Shown one piece after another: positions 31,104-41,723 of a stretch of DNA of 64,000 bases. The notes beneath the pieces were generated by a model that was not told the origin of the DNA, ran no database searches, and saw only the letters and a list, made by a program, of their open reading frames with translations. Both the position numbers and the translations under genes were made by a program. The stretch comes from a bacterium. GTDB lineage: Bacteria; Electryoneota; JAOADG01. The number at the start of each line of letters is the position of its first letter. The stretch's first letter is position 1. The stretch spans positions 3,456,001 through 3,520,000 of the forward strand of contig OY820579.1 of NCBI GenBank assembly GCA_963681965.1. The letters are read 5' to 3'.

Positions 31104-32474
31104 CTATACAAACCAAATCCACCAGACCAACGCAAAAACCGGCAGCAGAATCGGAATCGAGTACTTCACGATGTATCCGAAGAAGCTTGGCGTCGCACAT
31201 CCCAGCTCTTCCGCAATCGATTTCACCATAAAATTCGGTCCATTGCCGATGTATGTATTCGCTCCGAAAAATACCGACCCTACCGAAATTGCAATGATGT
31301 AAATGTAGGTAGAACTCTGTTGCAACAATCCATTCACTTCCATGCCGTGCAGACCGATTGCCGCCGACAGGAATGTCAAATAGGTCGGTGCATTGTCGAG
31401 TACCGACGACAGCGAGCCCGAGCACCAGTAAAACATCCCCGGTGTGTTGATCCCGAGTTGCGACGCATTCGTTTCGAGATATTGAAGTGCGGGAATCATC
31501 GTCGCGAAAATTCCGAGGAAGAGGAGTGCCACTTCTTTTATCGGACCGAAGGAAAATTCGTTATGGACGTGAACCACTTTCGGTGTCGTCTTCAACGACA
31601 GCAGTGCCGCAATCACCTGAATCAATTCCGGTAGAAACAACATGACCTGATTCAATTCATGATTGAATAGCACTGCGAGAATAATCACTGCGAGATACCA
31701 GAAATTATGTTTGCCGAGTAACTCGAACGATTTGTGTCCTGTCGGCGGTGTCGCTACCGGTACTACTCCTTTGTTTCGAGCATCGATGAGATAAAAAATC
31801 CCGAGTAACAACCCGACTGCCAACAGCCATATCCAAATCACGTGCTCGAACAACCAGAAAAACGGTACCCCTTTGAGATATCCGAGAAAGAGTGGCGGAT
31901 CGCCAATCGGTGTCAGCAGACCACCGGTATTGGAAACGATAAAGATAAAGAATACAATGTGATATGGTTTTAGACGACCGCGATTCACCCGGATAAATGG
32001 ACGGATCAGCAGAGCCGAAGCCCCAGTTGTCCCGAATAAATTCGCAATCACCGCGCCGATCCCAAGCAACACTACATTCAGTATCGGTCGACCCGGCTTC
32101 CAGAGATGAATCAGAATCCCACCCGTCACGATAAATAGCGAACCAATTAGACAAATAAAGCTGATATATTCATGAGCTGTACCGATCAGTCGATCGGTAT
32201 ACTGCAAGCCGAACAGGTAATAGCCGACGACGACAGCACCGAATCCACCGGCAATCCAACCATAAAATTTTTCCCAGAAGTGCTTGGCGAGAAGTGGTAA
32301 TGTCGCGATTGCCAGCAACAGCAAGCCAAACGGCAGGATCCAAAGCGGGTGAATCGGGGGTTCCGGGGTCGCACCAGTCGACGCGAATGCGGGAACAGCG
32401 GTGAAGATCAGTAGCATCGATCGGAAACCGAAAAGCGAGTACCGGCGTTTTCCTTGAGATAGCGGGAATAACAT
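31104..32474 (-). CDS. Putative Na+/H+ antiporter / ion transporter (IT superfamily)
   Basis: About 12 hydrophobic segments; GTTGAS, SNTGGLLTPIGDPPLFLG, SSVLDNAPTY, TYIGNGPNFMVK. Confidence 0.88.
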   Translation of the reverse strand: MLFPLSQGKRRYSLFGFRSMLLIFTAVPAFASTGATPEPPIHPLWILPFGLLLLAIATLPLLAKHFWEKFYGWIAGGFGAVVVGYYLFGLQYTDRLIGTAHEYISFICLIGSLFIVTGGILIHLWKPGRPILNVVLLGIGAVIANLFGTTGASALLIRPFIRVNRGRLKPYHIVFFIFIVSNTGGLLTPIGDPPLFLGYLKGVPFFWLFEHVIWIWLLAVGLLLGIFYLIDARNKGVVPVATPPTGHKSFELLGKHNFWYLAVIILAVLFNHELNQVMLFLPELIQVIAALLSLKTTPKVVHVHNEFSFGPIKEVALLFLGIFATMIPALQYLETNASQLGINTPGMFYWCSGSLSSVLDNAPTYLTFLSAAIGLHGMEVNGLLQQSSTYIYIIAISVGSVFFGANTYIGNGPNFMVKSIAEELGCATPSFFGYIVKYSIPILLPVFALVWWIWFV

Positions 32475-32589
32475 GAATACCTCTTACCCGAACGAGTCGA
32501 ATTCGTTCCGATATTAAAGTATTATCTTCGAAGAGCTGTTGCAAACGCAAGTTCAGACTTCTACTTTACCTGATTGGAGGATCCTCACG

Positions 32590-33507
32590 ATGAGAACTAT
32601 TGTCTGGTTATTGATTTTCACACTTCCAGTCATTGCATTTGCCAGTGTCGGCGAAGCAGGTTTTGATCTACTACGCCGCGATCTGAACGCCGCTTCGGTC
32701 GGTATCGCGTCGGCAAGCGTGGCGTTCCCGCAAACGACCGCTTTCGGCGGCAATCCCGCCGCATTGGCGGACAAGACCTCGCGCATTGCCAGCCTTAGTT
32801 ACGTCGACGATCCGCTCGACTTGAAATCGGGCGTACTCCAGTATGCCCAACCGTGGCGCGAATACACCGTCGGAGCTCGGCTGCAATATTACGATTATGG
32901 TACCTTTGACCGCATCAACGCGACCGGTCAGAAACTCGGCACCTTTACCGCCAACGACATATTTATCGCGGCAGCAATAGCACGCCGGTTTAACGATGTC
33001 ACTATCGGAATCGAACCCGGTTTCATTTCATCGAAGATCGAATCCTACTCGGCGTCCGCCTTGACTGTTTCGGGGGGCATTCAGTATACTCCGAAGTTTA
33101 TCTCGTTGTTGCGCGTCGGTGCCGATATCCGCAATCTGGGTGTCAATACGAAGAAATATGTCAGTCAGACCACCAAATTGCCGACGGAAATCCGCCTCGG
33201 TCTTGCCAAGAAACTCGAACACCTCCCGTTGACACTGCTTGCACAAGGGAATAAATGGTCGGATACCGACTGGTATCTCAATGCCGGCGGGGAATTCGAG
33301 ATCGCAAAATCGTTTTTGCTTCGTGGTGGCTACTCGACTATCGGTAAGGATCAGAAGTCGGTTGGATCGAATGAATCGACTGCCGGACTTTCTGCCGGTT
33401 TTGGCATGAAATATCGCGATTATCTGTTCGATTTTGCCTATGCGATGCAAGGATCCGTGGGTGATCGCTTATTCCTGCAATTTTCCTGGTTACCCTCTAA
33501 GAGATGA
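32590..33507 (+). CDS. PorV/PorQ family outer-membrane beta-barrel (T9SS-associated)
   Basis: Start moved to the ATG after GGAGG; signal peptide; GNPAAL, YGTFD...G.FTAND, LRGGY, GLSAGFG, FDFAY. Confidence 0.75.
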   Translation: MRTIVWLLIFTLPVIAFASVGEAGFDLLRRDLNAASVGIASASVAFPQTTAFGGNPAALADKTSRIASLSYVDDPLDLKSGVLQYAQPWREYTVGARLQYYDYGTFDRINATGQKLGTFTANDIFIAAAIARRFNDVTIGIEPGFISSKIESYSASALTVSGGIQYTPKFISLLRVGADIRNLGVNTKKYVSQTTKLPTEIRLGLAKKLEHLPLTLLAQGNKWSDTDWYLNAGGEFEIAKSFLLRGGYSTIGKDQKSVGSNESTAGLSAGFGMKYRDYLFDFAYAMQGSVGDRLFLQFSWLPSKR

Positions 33508-33544
33508 TTAAACAACCATTGTTTGATCGTGTCTAACTGGTAAA

Positions 33545-34117
33545 GTGATGGATCGCACAGAAACCGACATTATCCAAGCGGCTGCCGCAGGCGACACTCA
33601 AGCATTCAACCGGTTGGTACTGGTCCATCGCGAAGGTGCGATGCTGCTAGCAACCCGGTTATTGCGATCGGGTCCGGATGCCGAAGATGTCGTGCAAGAC
33701 GCGTTTGTGAAAGCTTGGCGCGAATTACCCTCATTCCGGGGCGATAGTGCCTTTTCATCGTGGTTATACCGAATCGTTTACAATTTGTCGCTGAATAAGT
33801 TGCGGGGCAGAAAAATACGACGGTTTCTGCGAATTGCCGACGAAGTGGAAGAGGATACCGAGGAATATGGCGAAATTCTGACCAGCGATGCACCGGAACC
33901 CGACGAATTGTTGATCTTAAAAGAACGTCGCGAGCGGTTGGAACAGGCTTTAAAAAAATTGCCGGCGAAACAGCGAGCAGTCTTTACGATGCGTCATGAG
34001 CAGGGGCTCTCGAACACCGAGATTGCCGAAATCACCGGAAAAAGTGAAGGATCAGTAAAAGCGAATTTCAGTTTTGCCGTTGCGAAATTGAAACAAGCTT
34101 TAGAAGAGTACCGATGA
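33545..34117 (+). CDS. ECF (RpoE-like) sigma-70 factor
   Basis: AEDVVQDAFVKAW...FRGDSAFSSWLYRI; region 4 LPAKQRAVF...EIAEI. Confidence 0.95.
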   Translation: MMDRTETDIIQAAAAGDTQAFNRLVLVHREGAMLLATRLLRSGPDAEDVVQDAFVKAWRELPSFRGDSAFSSWLYRIVYNLSLNKLRGRKIRRFLRIADEVEEDTEEYGEILTSDAPEPDELLILKERRERLEQALKKLPAKQRAVFTMRHEQGLSNTEIAEITGKSEGSVKANFSFAVAKLKQALEEYR

Positions 34118-34638
34118 ACACAAACCGATACAACGACGACGAACTGGAACGATGGGCGGAACAACTTCCGCGCCTCGGACCGGACCACGTCTCGCACAAC
34201 GCGCTCAACCGCGTCTCGATCGGTGTGGCGGCACGGATTGCCAAACGCGGGTTTCGACTCGAACGCTGGTTCAGCTTCGGTCAACCTGTCTTGACAGCCG
34301 GTATTACGGTGGTGCTTGCAGGGTGGTTGCTGCTATATCATCCGACCAATATTACACAAACGTTGAAGACCGAGACGGCTGGGAGCGATCTGATTGCTTC
34401 ACTGGCACCGCTGGTCAATTCAACATCCTTAAATCAAATTACAGCAGACGATATCGATTCCTTGATGCTGGAAGTCGCACCGGAACTGAATACCAATCAA
34501 ACCGATTTGGCTTCGGCGGTGGTCGCGATCGAATTCGACGAAGATGATGCAATCGATACGATGACTCCGGCGGAACAGGCGAAGATATTGGAATCCCTCG
34601 CATCCGACCGGAAACTGGATTGGAGTGAAATGTTATGA
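34114..34638 (+). CDS. Putative single-pass anti-sigma factor
   Basis: Overlaps the ECF sigma stop; one central TM helix; acidic C-terminus. Confidence 0.6.
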   Translation: MNTNRYNDDELERWAEQLPRLGPDHVSHNALNRVSIGVAARIAKRGFRLERWFSFGQPVLTAGITVVLAGWLLLYHPTNITQTLKTETAGSDLIASLAPLVNSTSLNQITADDIDSLMLEVAPELNTNQTDLASAVVAIEFDEDDAIDTMTPAEQAKILESLASDRKLDWSEML

Positions 34639-35168
34639 AACGGCTATTACTGGTTATCATGCTGTTGTTACCGTTATTCGCGTTTGCCGAAGCGGTGGGC
34701 GGTCCCGACAAAGAGCCACGCGACAACAAGCAGTGGAATGAGCAACTTGAAACCGTGCTGATTGCACGATTGACGCGAATGCTTGATTTGAAATCGGATC
34801 AGGCGAAAGAATTTTTCCCACTATTCAACGATTTTCAGGAAAAGGGACGGCAATTGCGACGCGAGCGCCAGGATGCAATGATGCGGATACGGCAATTCGG
34901 CGATCCGGGTGCAACACCATCCATGGTGGAAGTGCAACGGGCGGTGCGCGATCTATCGGAAATTGGTAGGAAGCAGGTCGATGCGCTGCAATTGTTCTCG
35001 GATCAATCGGCGAAAGTGCTCTCGCCGCGGCAGATTGCACGCCTCAATTTATTCATGATCAAATTCCCGGAACGACTGGAACAGATTCTCCGCGAACGCA
35101 AAGGGATGGGCGGTCCCGGACAGCATTTCCGAGGTGGACGCGATGCCCCGCCGGATGATGATGAGTAA
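34635..35168 (+). CDS. Periplasmic Spy/CpxP-like helical protein
   Basis: Signal peptide; LDLKSDQ and VLSPRQ LTxxQ-like motifs; third gene of the ECF operon. Confidence 0.7.
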   Translation: MKRLLLVIMLLLPLFAFAEAVGGPDKEPRDNKQWNEQLETVLIARLTRMLDLKSDQAKEFFPLFNDFQEKGRQLRRERQDAMMRIRQFGDPGATPSMVEVQRAVRDLSEIGRKQVDALQLFSDQSAKVLSPRQIARLNLFMIKFPERLEQILRERKGMGGPGQHFRGGRDAPPDDDE

Positions 35169-35185
35169 ATCGATTGAGAGTTGAT

Positions 35186-35221
35186 AAAAAAACAATCCCC
35201 AGACAGTTGTCTGGGGATTGT
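35186..35221. terminator. Terminator between convergent genes
   Basis: ACAATCCCCAGACA-GT-TGTCTGGGGATTGT with a flanking A-run. Confidence 0.8.
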
Positions 35222-35243
35222 GCATTTAGAGAAATTCTAGTGA

Positions 35244-36371
35244 TTATCGCGCATAAACCCAAATCACATTGTAGAATTTTCCCTCGTCATTTCTTTCAAG
35301 ATAAAATCTGATGATTTTCCGGTTACTGGCATCTTTCACTTCACACTCGGGTTTTCCATCATCCATACTATCTTCGAAATGCGATGTCGGAAGACACATT
35401 CGTAAACTAGCTTTCAAGCTGTTGAACTGTGTCTCTGCTTCAGTTCTCGTCTGGTAATCGAACGAACATGAATACCGTGATTTGCTAGATCCAAGAGAGA
35501 TGTAGATGACCGATTTTCTTGCACCCGGTAATTTAGTGTCCGTTGAATATCGGACAGAGGACGTTTCAACAATACTTGGAATTTTTTCTCCTTTGATGTC
35601 ATCGAAACTATCTTCGGAAGCATCCAAGACTTGTTTTAATACACTACAAAACTCGGTATTTGATCCAGTACTACTAGGGTCGGGATCAATATGAATTGAT
35701 TGATTGGGATCACTTCTCTGCAAATTCTTGGCTTGAATTAATCCATTATCATACGCATCATCTAAATCTGTTCCTCTTTTGGCTGCTTGAAATCCTGCAA
35801 CCATTGAAGTAATTCGTTGTTTCGGAGTTCCGTGATGTTGAGGTGAACGAAAACCGTAGTCACCCATTTCGTAAAGACTTCGTGCAAAAACTTCGATATT
35901 AGTCGGAGCAAAATACGATTTAATCCCTAAATAGTAACCGGCGAGATAATCTGCTTGAAGTTCTTTGGTTGGTACTGACTCTTCAAGTTCCTGTTCGTCC
36001 TGATAAAAATGTGCAAATTCGTGTGCCATGATACCGGCAATTGCATGCTCGCCAGGAAATCCACCATTTTCCCACAATTGTGTAACAAGTAATGTCCGAC
36101 CAAATAATAAACAGTTATTATCTACGTCTGCGTAGGCATTTGCAGGATAATCCGAAAACATCCACAACGATGGTGAAACGTGAAAAATATTGTATAGATA
36201 TCCTGCTTCAACATTGAATTTATTATCCAAGATCAAATTTCCCGATGTCTTGGTTAATCCAGCTACTCTTGACTCAGCACCGTTATAAAAACAACCTTCA
36301 GCGAAACAAACTGATGAGTAAGATAATAGCATAACCAATATGATTATTCTTAATAAATCATAAATCTTCAT
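35244..36371 (-). CDS. Secreted neutral zinc metallopeptidase-like protein (YpfJ-like HExxH) with a C-terminal unknown domain
   Basis: Start at ATG 36371 after GGAGG; AHEFAH, ELQADYLAG and HGTPKQR motifs; AT-rich. Confidence 0.8.
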   Translation of the reverse strand: MKIYDLLRIIILVMLLSYSSVCFAEGCFYNGAESRVAGLTKTSGNLILDNKFNVEAGYLYNIFHVSPSLWMFSDYPANAYADVDNNCLLFGRTLLVTQLWENGGFPGEHAIAGIMAHEFAHFYQDEQELEESVPTKELQADYLAGYYLGIKSYFAPTNIEVFARSLYEMGDYGFRSPQHHGTPKQRITSMVAGFQAAKRGTDLDDAYDNGLIQAKNLQRSDPNQSIHIDPDPSSTGSNTEFCSVLKQVLDASEDSFDDIKGEKIPSIVETSSVRYSTDTKLPGARKSVIYISLGSSKSRYSCSFDYQTRTEAETQFNSLKASLRMCLPTSHFEDSMDDGKPECEVKDASNRKIIRFYLERNDEGKFYNVIWVYAR

Positions 36372-36884
36372 AGCATATTCCTCCAATTGAAGATACAACC
36401 TAACTATTACTAGAAATTCATAAGTCATTAATTAGTAATAGCAAACTATTTTCCATTTATAAATAATACACAAATATTATAATTATGTCAATGTGTAGCA
36501 TTAATATTTTATTCTCCATCGGTTTACTCGAGAAATAAAATGTAGGGATCGATTCTTTTCAAAAGCTCGATTCTTGAAGCGAACAGATATGAACTCGTGC
36601 AAAACTGGTTCGAAGTTATATGCAACTCGTCTTTGGGGTATTGAATTTTGTCGCAGGTTCAAAATCATCAAGATTTGTTTTGGGTCGTCAACTGGATGAT
36701 TCACAATTAAGAAGAGCGCAAGAATTATCTGGATCGGTATCTAAGTTGAGATTGCAGCATCATGTGTAGTCGGACATATGCGAACCGGACAGTTAAAGGT
36801 TTCAATGGTGAGTGATAGGCTTTACTGGCTTGGTTGCGTAAGGATATCATTGGTAAAACAAAAAAGAAGAAAAGAATAAAAAAA

Positions 36885-36948
36885 CGCAGGCTGAAGCCTG
36901 CGGCTACAAAAGATAAAAAAAAGACCGACTGCGGAGAGCCGCAGTTAC
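36885..36948 (-). repeat. REP cluster E
   Basis: CGCAGGCTGAAGCCTGCGGCTAC (36885-36907, identical to 48070-48092) and a GACTGCGGAGAGCCGCAGTTAC hairpin. Confidence 0.75.
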
Positions 36949-37014
36949 TGGAGAATCAAGTGAAGTACCGAATCGGAAATCGGTATCGCTGAATTATCGA
37001 GCGAAAAATAACAT

Positions 37015-37797
37015 CTACACTACCGTGCGACTCTTCGGTAATTTCTTCAGAATATTTTTGAATCGCGTCGTTGAGATATAGTGGTCTGCCAGCAGTTTTC
37101 CATCGTAAATGAGATTGAACACTCCGTAGATCGATGGGGCGTTCTGCGCCTCTTTCGGCGACTTCAGCTCCGTCACTTGCAACGCCACTCCAGCTTCGGC
37201 AGCAACTTCCTGCAATTCGGGAATCGCTCGCGCCACCCACGGACATTGATTGCTATAGAGTAATTGAAAACCGGACACCCGTGCCAATTGCGCTTCCCAA
37301 GCAGTGAAATACGGCGGGTCGCCGGACTGCAGCATCTTCACCAAGAGCGAATAACCGGATTTTGTGGTCGCGACTTCGACAAATCCATTCTTCAAGAACA
37401 GACTTTTATCGGCAATAAACGAACCATTTCCGGCAACAACGGCAACACCGCGTTTCCCCAGCAGTTCGGCGTCGGCACAGCAATCGGCGAGGAGCAGCGA
37501 TCCGAGACCATGCTTCTTGTATTTGTTCGGAGTAACCCAGAGACAGTGAATGAAGAGGTAGCCGCTGGCTTGTACCGCACGCCAGCAGTGTTCGCCATCG
37601 ATGTATTCGATGAATCCTACCGATTTGCGTTCATCCTTGACGAACAGGTGTTTGATCTTGAGACCGTGATTGAATTGCGAGCGCACCCACTCCTGTTTTA
37701 AACTGCATCCAGGGTGGCTGTAATTCATAAAACAGGCAGGTGGAAATTTCGATAGATTGGTCTCATTCGTTTCCACCATTGTGATTTGAAGCTTCAT
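37015..37797 (-). CDS. GNAT family N-acetyltransferase with YoaP-like C-terminal domain
   Basis: GFIEYI, FIHCLWV...KKHGLGSLLL, YSNQCPW, AQNAPSIYGVFNLIYDGK. Confidence 0.88.
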   Translation of the reverse strand: MKLQITMVETNETNLSKFPPACFMNYSHPGCSLKQEWVRSQFNHGLKIKHLFVKDERKSVGFIEYIDGEHCWRAVQASGYLFIHCLWVTPNKYKKHGLGSLLLADCCADAELLGKRGVAVVAGNGSFIADKSLFLKNGFVEVATTKSGYSLLVKMLQSGDPPYFTAWEAQLARVSGFQLLYSNQCPWVARAIPELQEVAAEAGVALQVTELKSPKEAQNAPSIYGVFNLIYDGKLLADHYISTTRFKNILKKLPKSRTVV

Positions 37798-37880
37798 ACT
37801 GTCTCCATCTCAGAGTGTGTGCAGTGCAGTTGTCGATCGTACTTCGATTGCTTCAAACGGATTGACTCATTCCAAATCGG

Positions 37881-38078
37881 TCAGACGGTATTGGTTGGCG
37901 GATGGAAATTGGGAATTCGATCGACCGTCGTTAGGAACAAGCGGAAATGATGCGGTGTCGGCGAATACGCGGGATACTCCTCGAACGCGTCTTTTGGAGC
38001 GCCACAAGCGACACAGGATTCAGGCGGCTCGATACCAGTATGGATATAGCCACAGATACTACAGCGCCATCGTTGCAT
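37881..38078 (-). CDS. Rubredoxin-like protein
   Basis: WRCSICGYIH...PPESCVACGAPKDAF; GGAG RBS upstream. Confidence 0.8.
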   Translation of the reverse strand: MQRWRCSICGYIHTGIEPPESCVACGAPKDAFEEYPAYSPTPHHFRLFLTTVDRIPNFHPPTNTV

Positions 38079-38263
38079 AAGTGCTCCCGGGTGAAGTCTA
38101 TTGCAGAGTTCGATTTCCGGTACTACGTTATCGCAAGAAACGGATAACTGTTATAATCTGCAATTATTCGTCGATCTTTTCAAGCCAATTTTTCAATTTG
38201 ATAAAATTTTTCGATCGTCGTTCACCTAGTCCGATACAACCCATTCGAATTTCGGGACAAACA

Positions 38264-40045
38264 ATGCTTACTCAACTCGACTGGATTATACTTGCGATCT
38301 ACCTGATTATCTCCCTAGTCGCCGGATTGGCACTGTCACGCCGGGCGAACACCAATACGGAAGAGTACTTTCTGTCGGGTCGCGCGCTGCCGTGGTGGCT
38401 GCTCGGCACCAGTATTGTCGCGACCAGTTTCTCTTCGGATACTCCCCTCTATGTAACCAATCTGGTTCGCAAAGGGGGCGTCGCCGAGAATTGGCAGTGG
38501 TGGAGCTTCGCGATTGGAGGGATGCTCGGAGCGGTGTGGCTGGCACCGATGTGGCGGCGTGCCGGGGTCTTGACCGATGTCGAATTGACCGAATTGCGCT
38601 ATAGCGGGAAAGTTGCCGGTTTTTTACGAGGTTTTCGTGGTATTTGGCTGGCATTGCTGGTTAACAGCATCGGCATGGGCTGGGTGATGCTCGGGATGGC
38701 GAAAATCGCCTTCGTCTGTTTCGGATGGGATAAAGCACTCTCACTGACCATTCTTTGCAGTGTCACGCTGATCTATACCTTACTCGGAGGGTTGTGGGGT
38801 GCAATCCTAACCGATTTCGTTCAGTACATCATTGCTCAAGTCGGTGCGATTCTACTCGCTGTCTTCGCAGTGCAAGCGGTGGGCGGTCTTGGAAAACTTC
38901 AGGCTTTCCTCCACGATACCACTAATTGGCAACCGAATGGCGTTGTCCCGGTTAATCCGACCGCTATGGTACCCTCGATTTACGGATCGGATGGTCTAAT
39001 TACCGCGGCATTCGGTGCATTCTGCGTCTATGCGCTGATTCAGTGGTGGGCAAATCTCAACAGCGATGGCGGCGGGAAAGTCATTCAGCGACTGATGGCG
39101 GCTCGCAACGAACGGCAAGCGATGGGTGGATTCTTTTGGTTCAATATTGCCAACTACGCTATTCGGACTTGGCCGTGGGTAATCGTAGCACTTGCCAGTT
39201 TCATGTTGTATCCGAAGGTTGTCGATCCGGAAATGACCTATCCGCAGATGATGGTGGATTTGCTCCCGTCGGGGGTACTGGGGATCATGCTCGCCAGCTT
39301 TCTCGCGGCATTTATGTCGACCATCACCAGTCAGGTGAATTGGGGCGCTAGCTACCTGATGAATGACGTTTACCGCAGATTCATTGTTAAGGATAAACAC
39401 GACAAACACTATCTGAACATGGGGTGGGTGTTTTCGACTATAGTATTGATTATCGGCGGATTGGCAGCATATCTCGCTCAGAGTGTCACGACCGCATTTC
39501 AGTTTGTGATTACGCTTGGCGCCGGGGTCGGTCCGGTCTATCTGCTGCGATGGTTGTGGTGGCGAGTCAACGCTACGGCGGAATTATCGGCGCTGCTGAT
39601 GAGTACGTTGCTTGCGGCACTCTGGGTGTTTGTCAAACCGGAATGGGCAACGTTTGCGGTAAAATTGATCATTACCGGCTTCCCGACGATGCTGCTGGCA
39701 ATTGTCGTCGCACTGCTAACGAAACCAACCAGTATGGAACGATTGGTGGAATTCTACCGCCGCACCAAACCACCGGGATGGTGGAAACCGGTAGCAGAAG
39801 CGGCTAAGACATTTCCTGCCAGCGCGACCACAGTCGAAGTACCGCCCATGAACGGGAAATTGATTTTGTGGCACTGGCTACTTGGTCTCGGTCTGATTTT
39901 CGGACTAACATTTGGTATCGGGTGGTTACTACTCGGCGAAACACTCATGGGATGGATCGGATTGGTTGTCGGCATTATCTGTGGCATACTCATCTGGCGC
40001 GACTATTGGACAGCACCACCAGCGCTAAAACCGACAGTATCATAA
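38264..40045 (+). CDS. Sodium:solute symporter family protein
   Basis: Start moved to MLTQLDW; EYFLSGRALPWW, ATSFSSDTP, QRLMAARNE, AAFMST. Confidence 0.93.
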   Translation: MLTQLDWIILAIYLIISLVAGLALSRRANTNTEEYFLSGRALPWWLLGTSIVATSFSSDTPLYVTNLVRKGGVAENWQWWSFAIGGMLGAVWLAPMWRRAGVLTDVELTELRYSGKVAGFLRGFRGIWLALLVNSIGMGWVMLGMAKIAFVCFGWDKALSLTILCSVTLIYTLLGGLWGAILTDFVQYIIAQVGAILLAVFAVQAVGGLGKLQAFLHDTTNWQPNGVVPVNPTAMVPSIYGSDGLITAAFGAFCVYALIQWWANLNSDGGGKVIQRLMAARNERQAMGGFFWFNIANYAIRTWPWVIVALASFMLYPKVVDPEMTYPQMMVDLLPSGVLGIMLASFLAAFMSTITSQVNWGASYLMNDVYRRFIVKDKHDKHYLNMGWVFSTIVLIIGGLAAYLAQSVTTAFQFVITLGAGVGPVYLLRWLWWRVNATAELSALLMSTLLAALWVFVKPEWATFAVKLIITGFPTMLLAIVVALLTKPTSMERLVEFYRRTKPPGWWKPVAEAAKTFPASATTVEVPPMNGKLILWHWLLGLGLIFGLTFGIGWLLLGETLMGWIGLVVGIICGILIWRDYWTAPPALKPTVS

Positions 40046-40069
40046 ACTACTGAAACAAGGAGTACTGCG

Positions 40070-40282
40070 ATGAAATGGGAATATCGGGTGATTACGATTG
40101 CTTCCGAAAATTACAAGGAATCGACCAAACAACTGGAAGCCAGGCTAAACGAATTGGGCAGCGACGGCTGGGAAGCAGTCAACGTTACTGTCGTCGGGCA
40201 CGAAGGGTACCCGAACTTTCTGTATGTTTGCGTCAAACGTCCATTTTGTCCCAAGTGTCAAGCAGATGAAACCGCAGGTTAA
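40070..40282 (+). CDS. DUF4177 family protein
   Basis: MKWEYRV...LNELGSDGWEAV...KRP; AAGGAG RBS. Confidence 0.8.
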   Translation: MKWEYRVITIASENYKESTKQLEARLNELGSDGWEAVNVTVVGHEGYPNFLYVCVKRPFCPKCQADETAG

Positions 40283-40364
40283 AATTATGTTTAGAGTATT
40301 CGCGTTCTATTCTTGCTTTCGGTAATGCGATATACTATCATATTGGATATTTCGAGGAATTACT

Positions 40365-41723
40365 ATGAACCCGTTGATTTTTCGTGAATACGATATTCGT
40401 GGGATTATTGATATCGATTTAGACGAAGAAACTGCAGTACTAATCGGTAAAGCGTATGGCACATTTGCCAAGCGTCGTGGCGCGAAAAAAGTGGCTTTGG
40501 GACGCGATGGTCGCTTGTCGGGACCGCGTCTGGAACCGGCAGTAAGCGATGGCATCTGCTCCACCGGAGTATCCGTGGTTCGTTTGGGTATGGTTCCTAC
40601 TCCGGTTTTGTATTATGTCGCGACAACTGGCGGGGTCGATGGTGGTTTGCAGATCACCGGATCGCATAATCCACCGAACTACAACGGCTTCAAAGGAATG
40701 GTCGGCGAAGATACCTTGCATGGACCACACATTCAGGAACTTCTCCGGATCATTCAGGAAAACGATTTTGAAATAGGAACCGGTGAAGTAGAATATTTAG
40801 AACCAATTCCCCGGTATCTTGAAGATCTCGGCGGCAGACTGAATGCGAAAAAGAAAATCCGGGTGGTTCTCGATGCCGGTAATGGTGTCGGTGGCATGAC
40901 GGCAGTTCCCCTGTTGAAGCACCTCGGTTGCGAAGTGATCGAACTCTTTACCGATGTCGATGGCAATTTTCCGCATCACGATGCCGATCCAACCGTACCG
41001 AAGAATATGATCGATTTACAGAAAGCGGTGTTGGCAAACCACGCCGATTGCGGTATCGGGCTGGATGGCGACGGTGACCGGATCGGTGTCGTCGATGAAA
41101 AAGGGGAGATGATTTACGGCGATCGGCTATTGATTTTGTTCGCACGACAGGTGCTCGCGGAAAATCCCGGTGCACCGATCCTCGGTGAAGTGAAATGCAG
41201 TCATCTGCTCTACAAAGATATCGAGCTGCACGGCGGTAAAGCGATCATGTGGAAAACCGGTCACTCGCTGATCAAAGCGAAGATGAAAGAAGCGCATGTG
41301 AAACTCGCCGGTGAGATGAGCGGACACATGTTCTTTGCCGACCGATATTACGGCTTCGACGATGCGACTTATGCCAGCGGACGATTTATTGAAATCGTGA
41401 CCAGTGCGACGAAACCGGTTTCAGAGCTACTTTCCGACGTCCCACATACCTTTTCGACACCGGAAATCCGGATCGATTGCGCAGATGAAATTAAATTCGA
41501 TATTATTATCAAAGCGCAAACCGCATTCAAGAAAGAGTACAATGTAATCGACATCGACGGCGCACGCGTGGTCTTTTCCGATGGCTGGGGCTTGGTGCGC
41601 GCATCCAATACACAACCGGTGCTGGTCATGCGATTCGAAGCGGAAACCGAACAACGGTTGGCGGAAATTCGCAATTTGATCGAACAACCAATACTTCGCT
41701 GGATCAAGGAGGCTAATGCATGA
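40365..41723 (+). CDS. Phosphomannomutase/phosphoglucomutase (AlgC-like)
   Basis: IFREYDIRG, ITGSHNP, DGDGDR, GEMSGH, VRASNTQP. Confidence 0.96.
   Translation: MNPLIFREYDIRGIIDIDLDEETAVLIGKAYGTFAKRRGAKKVALGRDGRLSGPRLEPAVSDGICSTGVSVVRLGMVPTPVLYYVATTGGVDGGLQITGSHNPPNYNGFKGMVGEDTLHGPHIQELLRIIQENDFEIGTGEVEYLEPIPRYLEDLGGRLNAKKKIRVVLDAGNGVGGMTAVPLLKHLGCEVIELFTDVDGNFPHHDADPTVPKNMIDLQKAVLANHADCGIGLDGDGDRIGVVDEKGEMIYGDRLLILFARQVLAENPGAPILGEVKCSHLLYKDIELHGGKAIMWKTGHSLIKAKMKEAHVKLAGEMSGHMFFADRYYGFDDATYASGRFIEIVTSATKPVSELLSDVPHTFSTPEIRIDCADEIKFDIIIKAQTAFKKEYNVIDIDGARVVFSDGWGLVRASNTQPVLVMRFEAETEQRLAEIRNLIEQPILRWIKEANA

Noticed and set aside
38081-38263. 61-aa N-terminal extension of the sodium:solute symporter
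   Set aside because: Family similarity starts at MLTQLDW (38264); the extension covers the divergent promoter region.
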